From Actinomycetota bacterium (GTDB lineage Bacteria; Actinomycetota; Aquicultoria; Subteraquimicrobiales; Subteraquimicrobiaceae), in assembly GCA_040755895.1 (NCBI GenBank), contig JBFMAG010000134.1:1-38544 (forward strand): 38,544 nucleotides of DNA, given 5' to 3'. The notes beneath the pieces are model-generated. The model searched no databases. It saw nothing but the letters and a program-made list of their open reading frames with translations, and had not been told where the DNA came from. Made by a program: the position numbers and the translations under genes. The first letter of the stretch is position 1. Every line of letters starts with the position of its first letter. This document shows, one piece after another, positions 1 to 8,545 of this stretch.

Positions 1-101
1 GATTAAACCCAAAGGGGATATTAATGTGTATTAGCATCTCGGTTACTATGATCCACTCTTACTCGCCCCCCAACTTTAGTTATTTAAAAAGCTCCCAAAG
101 C

Positions 102-512
102 TCATCGACAGCGTTCCCGTCTTCTAAACCTACAACCTGAGCAAAACTCGGCTTTATCCTCAGGTTTTAAACAATAGGTTCCGAGTTCTTTCCAACAAGG
201 TTTTGATAGGTTTATGCGCTGACCTGACTCTTTAGGTCTGCCTCCAGAACAATATTTCCTCTGCCAGCAGGGGTACATCTGGATAAACCTTTTCACCCCA
301 GCCAGGTTAAGTCCATCTTTCTCGATTAGATTATGAACAAAACCTAAACGCTTAAGATCAAGGCTGGAATAGAGCCTTCGGTATCCCTGACGAGCGGGGT
401 GAATAATTCCATTTCGCTCCCAAATTCTCAAAGTCTCCGGATGAACTTTTAGCATTTCAGCCACAACGCCGATCGGGAATACGGGCTTATCTTCCTCAGG
501 AATCAATATCAT
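102..512 (-). CDS. MerR-family HTH transcriptional regulator with Cys-rich C-terminal tail
   Basis: 136-aa ORF. The N-terminus (FPIGVVAEMLKVHPETLRIWERNGII...RRLYS) is a typical MerR helix-turn-helix. The C-terminal half carries 7 Cys (PCWQRKYC, PCWKELGTYC, CSGC, RC). A GGAGGTG SD lies just upstream of the ATG at 512. Confidence 0.8.
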   Translation of the reverse strand: MILIPEEDKPVFPIGVVAEMLKVHPETLRIWERNGIIHPARQGYRRLYSSLDLKRLGFVHNLIEKDGLNLAGVKRFIQMYPCWQRKYCSGGRPKESGQRINLSKPCWKELGTYCLKPEDKAEFCSGCRFRRRERCR

Positions 513-871
513 ACACCTCCAATGACTCTTCCATTATAAAATTAAAATAATATTTGTAAATAACTTCAAGAATTTTTTTGAAAACTATTCGTTACTGAAA
601 GGATATCAAATATAGCTTGTGTGAGGGGATTTGAGGGAAAAGGATGCGGTCTTCTCCCAATCCTTATATCCCATCTCTAACTGGGCTATTTTAACGATGT
701 TTCCCAACCTGTTAATGAAATAAGATAGCCACTCTTAACGGTCGCTGTCATTTTAACCTTTAGTTAAAACCTTTCTCAATACCTCGCGGAGAGCACTTTT
801 AGTCCAATATTTCCATGGAGGAAACGGCTTTTCCATCGTTAAACTCCCCAAGTCATTTTCTCATAAAGGCA

Positions 872-1315
872 TCAAATATAGCCCTGGCAATCATATTGCA
901 ATGCCATAATCAAAGGAGATAACCCATTCTTATTGAATACTCCCCCGACAATCCTCCTCAAATCATTAAGACTGGTAGAATAAAAAAGATGGCTTTGGCA
1001 AACACAATCGCTAGAGCCGAAATTCGCAATGGAATTGAAGTATTTGCTCAAACCTTGAGCGATATTGCACTCTTTCCTCTCAGCAGTCTCGGCATAAATA
1101 ATCTCCACGAGTATAGCTTTAGCTACAAGATAATCGATATGCCAGCGAAGATTCTTCCGAGTTTTCCTATGGCGATCAATTCTCGCTTTCAAGCCACCCA
1201 GAGCTGAACCAATATATACATAATATCCGGATTTAAACTTCACCGGCCCAAGTTTGCCTATTTTAAATTCACCATCCCTGGGTAACTTCAACAGTAATCC
1301 GTAAACGCCTTTCAT
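872..1315 (-). CDS. DUF123 / GIY-YIG (Uri-superfamily) endonuclease-like protein
   Basis: 147-aa ORF. The pattern KSGYYVYIGSALGGLKARIDRHRK...LRWHIDYL matches my recollection of the DUF123 GIY-YIG-like family. Not searched. Confidence 0.6.
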   Translation of the reverse strand: MKGVYGLLLKLPRDGEFKIGKLGPVKFKSGYYVYIGSALGGLKARIDRHRKTRKNLRWHIDYLVAKAILVEIIYAETAERKECNIAQGLSKYFNSIANFGSSDCVCQSHLFYSTSLNDLRRIVGGVFNKNGLSPLIMALQYDCQGYI

Positions 1316-1448
1316 TTTAAATTATCTATAGGTGGTCATAAAAATCACTGGATATTTTAAGGGGTGGGCTGAAGAGGCTCTGAGCACGCCGTTAAGCAGA
1401 GCGAGCTCGAAGAGCTGCCGCAAATTATGACCCATGTACAAATTATCT

Positions 1449-2240
1449 CTAAAGTTGATCGGTGAAATCCTCTCTTCTAAACCAGATCTTTCTGGCACAC
1501 CTGTTGATGATGTCACGGGTTCCACCACCACTCTCCACAATGTCCATGAGCATATCGGCATCGAATATCTCGATTCCGCCCACCGCGGTCGCTCCCCTCC
1601 TGAAAAATGGTTCAGGAAGCATTGAAGAAGTGGGTCCGACCACCATCACTTCTTCTGAAATTTTAGCCCGCTGTAAGTAATCCTCTATTCCCCCATAGAC
1701 AAGTGCCGATCCCGTGATTATGACGGCGTGGGCACCCCTCACCGCGTCACCGACTTGAGCAGAGGTAAAATATCTAACATTTGGACATTTTAGTGCTTGT
1801 CTTTCGGGTAAGCAGCAGGTCTGCTCGTCAGGCAGGAAAGACTCTCGTTCAACTACTCTGATTTCCTGCGCACTTGCAAACCTCCTCACCAAAGGGGTAA
1901 AAAAACCAATCATCGTTATAGTCCTGCCCTGGATATCTATACACTCGGTGGGATCTCCACGCCTGTATTTTAATCGTTGGGGTATTATCAGCCAGGAGAG
2001 GGCATTTATGGTGGCAATTCCGATGGCTCGCTCCATTAAGTTACCACTCAGAGCCAGTTCAGCAAGGCAGAAGGCATCTTTCAACTCAATGGGTATCGAA
2101 TCCATCTTTGGTCTATATGCAACACCGGCTTTTTGTCCGAGTTTAACCGCAATATAGCGATCACCAGTAGAAATGCGATTTACCTCTGGAGGCTTAGGGA
2201 TCTGATCGTGTAATTGAGCCAGGAGTTCATCTAATATCAT
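1449..2240 (-). CDS. DUF364/DUF4213-type Rossmann-like protein (putative heavy-metal chelation domain)
   Basis: 263-aa ORF starting 5 nt after the feoB stop. It has a C-terminal Rossmann-like segment (HAVIITGSALVYGG). Family assignment is from memory of this architecture next to metal transporters. Stop codon is TAG. Confidence 0.55.
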   Translation of the reverse strand: MILDELLAQLHDQIPKPPEVNRISTGDRYIAVKLGQKAGVAYRPKMDSIPIELKDAFCLAELALSGNLMERAIGIATINALSWLIIPQRLKYRRGDPTECIDIQGRTITMIGFFTPLVRRFASAQEIRVVERESFLPDEQTCCLPERQALKCPNVRYFTSAQVGDAVRGAHAVIITGSALVYGGIEDYLQRAKISEEVMVVGPTSSMLPEPFFRRGATAVGGIEIFDADMLMDIVESGGGTRDIINRCARKIWFRREDFTDQL

Positions 2241-2245
2241 GGTAA

Positions 2246-3943
2246 TTATAGGATGAGATTGAGTAGGCTTCCCACCAGGATAGCACCAACTATCATTATC
2301 CCCGCGGATTTCATCATATCTTTTACTCCCAATTCTCTAAAGAGAACCGCAAAGGTAGCCACGCAGGGAAAGTACATGGTTAGTACCACGCTGGCAATGA
2401 TGAGTTGCTTCATGGTCAAGCCAAGGGGCAATAACATCCCCACCGCTACGTCTTTGCGGAGGAATCCAATGATCAAAGCGGCGGCGGTCTCTTTAGTAAG
2501 ACCCAAAAGTCCCACTATCACCGGTGAAGCTATTCTTCCGACAAAATCAATTACTCCCAAGGTGTACAGAACATTAGCAATAAATACCCCCAGCAGTACA
2601 TAGGGAACCCCTTCCCTCAAAAAATATTTTATTCGCATCCACAGCTTTTTTAAGAGAGCTCCCCAGTATGGAATTCGATAAGGCGGAATTTCTAAAAATA
2701 TTTCTGGGCTTTCCCCTTTAAGAAGTTTATCCAGTAAGGTACCGAGGATGACCCAGACTATAAAAAGAGTGACAAAAACTATTCCTAAACCCTGGGGTCC
2801 ATATTTACCCACCAATCCAACAACAACAGCCAACATAGCTGTGCAAGGAATACAAATTGCCGTTAACGTAGCAGCAATGAATCTTTGTCTCCTCGTTTCT
2901 AAAATTCTTGTGGCTAAAATTCCTGGAACATTACACCCCAAACCGAGCAACATGGGGATTATTGCAGAACCGTGTAACCCCAATCGATGCATAACATTGT
3001 CAATTAACACAGCCAAACGCGGGAGGTAACCGCAATCTTCCAAGAAGCTTAAAGTCAAATAAAAAGAGAATACGTAAGGCAAAACCATTGCAAAAGGAAC
3101 GAACAAGCCCGTGGTGAGGACCCCCATGGACTGAGTGTAGTCAATCTCCCCTTTTATTAAAGTTCCGATCAGGATGTCGTGCAGAAATCCAGGTCCTAGC
3201 AGCTGACTTATTTTCATAGCCAGTGGTGTATAGAGTTCAAATAGAGGCTCAAATACGTATCCGATTAATCCTTCACCGATGAATCTTGTGATTTGAAAAG
3301 CAAGATACATGACGAGTATGGAGAGAGGAATTCCCGTTACAGGCTTGATGCTCAAATCCCCGAGTTTTTCCAAAGGAGTGTGATGGCGATGGGTGACGCT
3401 TTGAACCTGTGCTATCATCTTTCCAATGTCTCCCCACTTTTCGTGGTCAGTACTTCTATAAACTGAAATCCTTGCATGTGGCAAGCGGGAGACTAGTTCC
3501 TTGATTCCTTCACCGGTGACAGCAACGGTGGGGACTACGGGTACCCCCAAAAGTTTCTCAAGCTTTTTTACATCGATCTTTATCCCTATGTGCTTAGCTT
3601 CATCCCAAAGATTAAGTGCCATGATTAAGGGCACCTTCTTCTCTATGAGTTGAAGCGTGAGGTACAAGTTCCTTTCTAAATTTGTAGCATCAACGACCTG
3701 GATAACCACATCTCCCTCATGCAACATCTCCACAGCTACTTCTTCCGCTTTTGAAACGGGTTCAAGAGTATACGTCCCCGGTACGTCTATGACCTCTGCC
3801 CTCTCCCCATTGAGCTTCATGGTGCCCTTGGTGAATTCCACTGTGGTACCGGGATAATTGGAGGCGATGACATCGGTTCCCGTTAACCTAGAAAAAATGA
3901 CACTTTTGCCAACGTTGGGGTTCCCCATGAGGAGTATCCTCAT
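2246..3943 (-). CDS. feoB: Ferrous iron transporter FeoB
   Basis: 565-aa ORF. The N-terminal G-domain has MRILLMGNPNVGKSVIFSRLTG (G1), DVPGTY (G3) and NLWD (G4). A polytopic membrane domain follows. There is a 4-nt ATGA overlap with feoA. Confidence 0.95.
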   Translation of the reverse strand: MRILLMGNPNVGKSVIFSRLTGTDVIASNYPGTTVEFTKGTMKLNGERAEVIDVPGTYTLEPVSKAEEVAVEMLHEGDVVIQVVDATNLERNLYLTLQLIEKKVPLIMALNLWDEAKHIGIKIDVKKLEKLLGVPVVPTVAVTGEGIKELVSRLPHARISVYRSTDHEKWGDIGKMIAQVQSVTHRHHTPLEKLGDLSIKPVTGIPLSILVMYLAFQITRFIGEGLIGYVFEPLFELYTPLAMKISQLLGPGFLHDILIGTLIKGEIDYTQSMGVLTTGLFVPFAMVLPYVFSFYLTLSFLEDCGYLPRLAVLIDNVMHRLGLHGSAIIPMLLGLGCNVPGILATRILETRRQRFIAATLTAICIPCTAMLAVVVGLVGKYGPQGLGIVFVTLFIVWVILGTLLDKLLKGESPEIFLEIPPYRIPYWGALLKKLWMRIKYFLREGVPYVLLGVFIANVLYTLGVIDFVGRIASPVIVGLLGLTKETAAALIIGFLRKDVAVGMLLPLGLTMKQLIIASVVLTMYFPCVATFAVLFRELGVKDMMKSAGIMIVGAILVGSLLNLIL

Positions 3944-4176
3944 TCCTCAATCTCCTCGACGAAGATTTTCATGGACATGCCCCTTCCCAAAGCAACTCGG
4001 GTACCATCAACCTCAACTACGATGGGTCCCCTCAAGGGCTCGGAGGCAACCTTTCGCACAATCTTTCCTACTCTCAAACCCAGAGCCGCTATTCTCCTCT
4101 GAAAACCGAATCCACCCATTATGCGTTTTATCTCCGCAGGTCTTTCAATTTCCAGTTCGTCCAAGGTTACCTCCAT
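3940..4176 (-). CDS. feoA: FeoA-domain protein
   Basis: 78-aa ORF with an SH3-like FeoA pattern (RRIAALGLRVGKIVRKV...GPIVVEVDGTRVALGRGMSMKIFV). It is translationally coupled to feoB. Confidence 0.85.
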   Translation of the reverse strand: MEVTLDELEIERPAEIKRIMGGFGFQRRIAALGLRVGKIVRKVASEPLRGPIVVEVDGTRVALGRGMSMKIFVEEIEE

Positions 4177-4242
4177 AATCTCACCTCGTAACCTCCTCTT
4201 CCTTCTTGAAATCCTTCGGATCCCCTACCGGTCTGTGAGACC

Positions 4243-4683
4243 TTAGATTTTCCGACATTTTGAACAATAACCATAGAATTCCAATTGGTGATCGATGATC
4301 TTAAACCCAAGCTTTCCGCTCAACTCCTTCTCAAGCTTGTCGACAGCTTCGAGCTTTGCCACAACTTGCTCATCAAATTCCTCGATACTTCCACATTTTA
4401 GACAAACCAAATGATGGTGATGCTCGGGGCTAATCTCATAATGTTGGTGCCCCTCACCAAAACCCAAACCATTGACGACTCCGAGCTTTTTCAGTAAATC
4501 TAGGGTGCGATAAACCGTAGCCAATCCAACTGGAGGGCATTCTCTATTTACCAAATGGTAAATTTCTTCAGCATCGAGATGCCCCTCAGCCAGACCTATG
4601 GCCTTTAGAATTCGAACCCTCTGTGGGGTGAGCTTAAATCCTTTCGATTTTAACTTCCTAAAATATTCATCTACTCTGTGCAT
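4243..4683 (-). CDS. fur: Fur-family metalloregulator
   Basis: 146-aa ORF. It has a winged-helix motif (LTPQRVRILKAI), an HHHxxC-x2-C motif (HHHLVCLKCG) and a C-terminal C-x2-C (CSKC). It lies upstream of feoAB. Confidence 0.9.
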   Translation of the reverse strand: MHRVDEYFRKLKSKGFKLTPQRVRILKAIGLAEGHLDAEEIYHLVNRECPPVGLATVYRTLDLLKKLGVVNGLGFGEGHQHYEISPEHHHHLVCLKCGSIEEFDEQVVAKLEAVDKLEKELSGKLGFKIIDHQLEFYGYCSKCRKI

Positions 4684-4692
4684 CGGCTAGGT

Positions 4693-4713
4693 AATTGAGA
4701 ATTATTCTCAATT
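4693..4713. promoter_or_regulatory. Fur-box-like perfect palindrome (10-1-10) overlapping the fur promoter
   Basis: AATTGAGAATTATTCTCAATT is its own reverse complement around the central nucleotide. The core TGAGAAT-T-ATTCTCA resembles the 7-1-7 Fur box TGATAATnATTATCA. It ends 9 nt upstream of the fur ATG. Confidence 0.6.
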
Positions 4714-4760
4714 AAATTTTTACCATGTGGGTAGCCAAATGTCAACCAAGTATATGTAGC

Positions 4761-4848
4761 GCGGGAGCTCGTCTCCCGCATTCTTTGGTCGGGGACCCGC
4801 CTACCTGCCTGTCAGCAGACACGGCCGGACGGCAGGTAAACCCCGACC
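4761..4848. repeat. GC-rich REP-like double hairpin in the fur/DUF5667 divergent intergenic region
   Basis: One hairpin is GCGGGAG-ctcgt-CTCCCGC (4761-4779). A long imperfect hairpin pairs GGTCGGGG (4787-4794) with CCCCGACC (4841-4848). Its inner arms are TACCTGCC (4802-4809) and GGCAGGTA (4831-4838). Confidence 0.45.
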
Positions 4849-4991
4849 CCACATCTATGCTTATCACCCTACTTATCACCGCGTAGGTGATAATGGGGTT
4901 ATAGAAAATTTGTGTTGCCCGTATCTAAAATAATCTTCTTACGTTTTTATAAACGGAACAAAAAAGATCGAAATGAAAGGAGGCGCTAAGA

Positions 4992-5678
4992 ATGAACGTC
5001 AAGAAAATAATCTCAACGCTCATTGTCGCCCTGCTCATTTTGTCAGCTGCAGCTCCAGCTATAGCAACTGAAGAAGAGCCAGAACCAGGACTGACTCCAG
5101 ATAGCCCCTTCTACTTCCTGAAGACCTGGGTTGAGAAGATTCAGCTTTTCTTCACCTTCTCACCCAAGGGCAAAGTGACTCTTCTAATGAAGTTCGCAGA
5201 AACGAGATTGGCTGAAGCTCAAGCTATGGTGAAGAGAGGTAAACCCGAAATAGCTGAAAAATGCGTGGATTGCTACGAGAAATGTCTGGAGAGAGCTGGG
5301 GAAGAAATTAAGAAAAAGGATAAAGTGGACAAAGACGTCTATGAAACAGTGGCCGAAGCCACATCAAAGCATACTGCAGTATTACAGGGACTCCCGGAGA
5401 AAGTATCCGAGCAAGCCCAAGATGCGATCGAGCATGCGATCGAAGTCTCCAGAAGGGGACACGACAGGGCTCTCGAGGCTCTAGAAAGGAAAGGACCTCC
5501 AGAAGAAAAAGGTAAATATCGGAAGGAATATCAACCAAAGGTTCGAGAAAACTATGAAAACAGGGAACGAACCAGACACGAGGAGGAGGAAAACGATCAC
5601 GAGGAGGAGGAAAACGAACTTCGCATCCGAGAAGAATACCAAAATAGAGAAAAACCCCAAAGTGACAAAGAAGACTAA
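4992..5678 (+). CDS. Secreted DUF5667-like protein with highly charged C-terminus
   Basis: 228-aa ORF and the only supported plus-strand gene. An AAAGGAGG SD lies 9 nt upstream. It has a signal peptide (MNVKKIISTLIVALLILSAAAPAIA). PDSPFYFLKTWVEKIQLFF is typical of DUF5667 as I recall it. The tail contains a HEEEEN repeat. Confidence 0.6.
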   Translation: MNVKKIISTLIVALLILSAAAPAIATEEEPEPGLTPDSPFYFLKTWVEKIQLFFTFSPKGKVTLLMKFAETRLAEAQAMVKRGKPEIAEKCVDCYEKCLERAGEEIKKKDKVDKDVYETVAEATSKHTAVLQGLPEKVSEQAQDAIEHAIEVSRRGHDRALEALERKGPPEEKGKYRKEYQPKVRENYENRERTRHEEEENDHEEEENELRIREEYQNREKPQSDKED

Positions 5679-5691
5679 TGGAAACCTCCAA

Positions 5692-7170
5692 TTAGACCCG
5701 AGGAGAAGGAAGAATAGTTGCAACAGAAACTATTCTTCCTTCATCCAACACCATTACTCTGTCACAGACCTTTGAGATCATCTCCGCATCATGAGATACT
5801 AAAACTATGGTTAAATCCTTCTTGAGTTCATTGAGCTTATCAACCAACATACGCATGTGGTATCCGTCCATGCCGCTGGTGGGCTCATCGAGGATCAGCA
5901 CTTCTGGTTTTCTCACAAGTGTTGAGGCTATTGTTACTCTTTGCTTCTGCCCCTCGCTCAAAGAATGAGGATGTCTATCCCTTAACTCCCAAAGACCCAT
6001 CATCTCAAGTGCATCTTTAACACGTTCTTTGATCCCTCTTTCGGGCAAATTCTGATATTTCAGTCCAAATGAAACCTCATTATATACGGTGTCCATGAAT
6101 AGTTGATGATCTGGATTCTGAAGGACCAATCCAACTTTCCTTGCCAACGTCGATACATCCACTTTGTGAGTATCGGTTCCGTCCACGATTACCTTCCCTC
6201 TCGTGGGTTTCAATAGACCAACGAAACACTTGACCAGCGTGGTCTTTCCAGAACCGTTTGAGCCCATTATTCCAATGGCTTCACCATCGTAAATCTCTGT
6301 ACTAACGTTCTCAATTGCAAATTCCTCTCCGTAGGAATAATGGAGATTCAGAACTTTAACTAAAGGATCTGCGGAATCACTCCGCTCGGAAAGGTTTGCC
6401 AGAGAAAACCCGGCTTTGGGACTACGAATACCGAATTTACGAACTTGATCCTTGAGCAAGATACTCGGCGAATCGATGAGCTTAATTTCCCCGGAATCCA
6501 TTATTATCACTTTATCTGCACATTTAATTGCATGATCTATTCTGTGTTCAATCAAAACTATCGTTTTCCCGCTTCTTTTCAAATCTTCTAGTACCTCAAA
6601 GAGCTCTTGAGTTCCTCTGGCATCCAAATTGGAAGTCGGTTCATCAAGGATTAAGATATCTGGGAACATCGAGAGATTCGCCGCAATCGCCACTCTCTGT
6701 TTTTGACCATCGGAGAGCTCAAAAACTGATTTCGATCTGGACTCTTTCATGCCCACACATTCAAGAGCCCAGTCCACCCTTCTTTCAAGGTCCTCTCTGG
6801 GTACTCCAAAGTTTTCTGGACCGAATGCCACTTCATTTTCAACTGTCAGAGTGAAAAGTTGAGATGTTGGATTCTGGAAAACCATGCCCACATGCCGAGC
6901 CAATTTCCAGATGGGATGTTTCCCAACCTCTTTTCCGTGAACCAGCACTCTGCCATTTATTTCCCCGCCAAAGAGATGTGGGATAAGCCCATTAATGCAC
7001 CTCACCAAGGTCGATTTCCCACAACCGCTTTTGCCAACAACTAAAACAAACTCTCCTCTTTCGATTTCCAGGTTAACATCCTTCAACGTGGGTTGATCGG
7101 AGTTAGGATAAGTGTATGTAAGATCCTCGATCACAATCACGGAATCCGTCACGGAATCAGCACTCTCCAC
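5692..7170 (-). CDS. ECF transporter ATPase, fused double ABC domain (EcfA-EcfA' / CbiO-like)
   Basis: 492-aa ORF. It has two Walker A motifs (GKSGCGKST, GSNGSGKTT), two ABC signatures (LSDGQKQRV, LSEGQKQRV) and two Walker B motifs (ILILDEPT, VLILDEPT). The start is GTG at 7170, or a GTGA stop/start overlap at 7152. Confidence 0.9.
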   Translation of the reverse strand: MESADSVTDSVIVIEDLTYTYPNSDQPTLKDVNLEIERGEFVLVVGKSGCGKSTLVRCINGLIPHLFGGEINGRVLVHGKEVGKHPIWKLARHVGMVFQNPTSQLFTLTVENEVAFGPENFGVPREDLERRVDWALECVGMKESRSKSVFELSDGQKQRVAIAANLSMFPDILILDEPTSNLDARGTQELFEVLEDLKRSGKTIVLIEHRIDHAIKCADKVIIMDSGEIKLIDSPSILLKDQVRKFGIRSPKAGFSLANLSERSDSADPLVKVLNLHYSYGEEFAIENVSTEIYDGEAIGIMGSNGSGKTTLVKCFVGLLKPTRGKVIVDGTDTHKVDVSTLARKVGLVLQNPDHQLFMDTVYNEVSFGLKYQNLPERGIKERVKDALEMMGLWELRDRHPHSLSEGQKQRVTIASTLVRKPEVLILDEPTSGMDGYHMRMLVDKLNELKKDLTIVLVSHDAEMISKVCDRVMVLDEGRIVSVATILPSPRV

Positions 7171-7892
7171 CGGTCAACGACTAAAAGTGCTATGGTTAAA
7201 ACCATCATCACAAGAAGGAAAACGTAATCATTTCTCCGAAATTTTATTTCCTTCAGCGTAGTTCTCTTATATGGAGCTCCAAATCCCCTTGTTTCCGTAG
7301 CCGCAGCCAGCTCATCAGATATTTTGATGGAGCGAATGGTTATTGGAATTATGATCCCTCTATAGTAACTTCCTGGCTGCTTTAGGATATCTCTCGCACA
7401 TAGTTTCAGCCCCTTCAGCCTCAATGAATCCAATATCGACGTAACTTCCTCCATAAGGGTGGGGACAAATCTTATGGTTGTAGTGAATATAAAAGTTATC
7501 GATGAAGGAACTTTCATTTTTTCCAGGGCTTTGGCTAAATCATTGGGTGAGGTGGTAAGGGCAAATAGCAATCCTGCACTGGTCATAGCGTACATCTTCA
7601 TACAAAATCTTCCTATGTAGGTCCAATCTTTGGTGAATATAAATCCAAAAATGGCAAGGATAACACCAATGAACCCAAATAATATCAGAAATCTTCTGGC
7701 CTCTTTAAATGTTTTGGAAAAATACAGACCGAATAGCAGAACAATAATTAGGATAATCAAGCACACGATGCTATCCACTACGAGACTGAGTATGGTGATT
7801 AAAAAGACCAAGCCCATTTTGGTTCTGGGATCCAATCCATGAATGGACGATTTCTTTGCCAAGAATCTCCCAAATTTGGATGTGGGTAGCAT
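7149..7892 (-). CDS. ECF transporter transmembrane (T) component, EcfT/CbiQ family
   Basis: I take the start at the ATG at 7892 (MLPTSKFGRFLAKKSSIHGLDPRTK...), 2 nt after the upstream stop. The protein is polytopic with the usual EcfT layout. The longer track ORF (to 8087) would overlap the S-component gene. Confidence 0.8.
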   Translation of the reverse strand: MLPTSKFGRFLAKKSSIHGLDPRTKMGLVFLITILSLVVDSIVCLIILIIVLLFGLYFSKTFKEARRFLILFGFIGVILAIFGFIFTKDWTYIGRFCMKMYAMTSAGLLFALTTSPNDLAKALEKMKVPSSITFIFTTTIRFVPTLMEEVTSILDSLRLKGLKLCARDILKQPGSYYRGIIIPITIRSIKISDELAAATETRGFGAPYKRTTLKEIKFRRNDYVFLLVMMVLTIALLVVDRWRVLIP

Positions 7893-7894
7893 CT

Positions 7895-8440
7895 TTATTG
7901 GATCACCCCAGCTTTTTTCAGCTCCCCTGATATGCTTGTTCCAATATACCCACCGGCGGCTCCCAAGATGGAGCAAACAGCAGAGATTGCAAGGATAACA
8001 AAAGGATTCATTATAGCTCTTGGAAAGCCGAAAAGTATCATCAAAATGAAAATGATCAAAGTTCCAGCAAAAACTTTGTTTGCACAAGCCAAGATGATCA
8101 ATTTCCTACTTGAGTAATCACCACGGAGGAGTTTCGTGATTATATCTCCGAATATCCCACCAATGGCCGATGAAGGGAATAAAATTGGCACAGCAGGGGA
8201 TATAAAACCATGGAAAAGCCCGGTTGTTATTCCGATGAGACTCAATGTTCCAACCTTTTTAACCTTAGCAAGTCCTATGGCGATCACGATGCTGCCAAAA
8301 AATCCCGCGGTCATTGATTTAAGACCGGGTGCACCTGGAGCGATTGCCGCTGCGGTCATATTCACCACCCAAACCACCACGATGGTCATCACACATATCA
8401 TGCCAATGAAGACAAGTTCTCTTCGGTCAAAATATTCCAT
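7895..8440 (-). CDS. Putative ECF substrate-binding (S) component, specificity unknown
   Basis: About 181 aa from the ATG at 8440, with AAAGGAGATG upstream. It has about 6 hydrophobic helices and sits directly upstream of EcfT/EcfAA'. It does not begin like CbiM/NikM. It may belong to the MptD/Trep_Strep-type S-component family, which I cannot verify. Confidence 0.5.
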   Translation of the reverse strand: MEYFDRRELVFIGMICVMTIVVVWVVNMTAAAIAPGAPGLKSMTAGFFGSIVIAIGLAKVKKVGTLSLIGITTGLFHGFISPAVPILFPSSAIGGIFGDIITKLLRGDYSSRKLIILACANKVFAGTLIIFILMILFGFPRAIMNPFVILAISAVCSILGAAGGYIGTSISGELKKAGVIQ

Positions 8441-8545
8441 GACATCATCTCCTTTCGGAAAAATAAAAGACCACAAAGATTCCCCGGTTTTCAAACCGAT
8501 TTTGAGACCTTCGTAGTCCCATTAGAAAAATTAATTTAGAACTGC

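Noticed and set aside
1322-1561. 79-aa minus-strand ORF between the DUF123 and DUF364 genes.
   Set aside because: It largely overlaps the 3' end of the DUF364-type gene in another frame. It has no recognisable motif and no SD.
7893-8494. The long N-terminal extensions of the EcfT ORF (to 8087) and the S-component ORF (to 8494).
   Set aside because: The EcfT extension overlaps the S-component gene and is Cys/His-rich nonsense. The S-component has an excellent AAAGGAG SD before the ATG at 8440.
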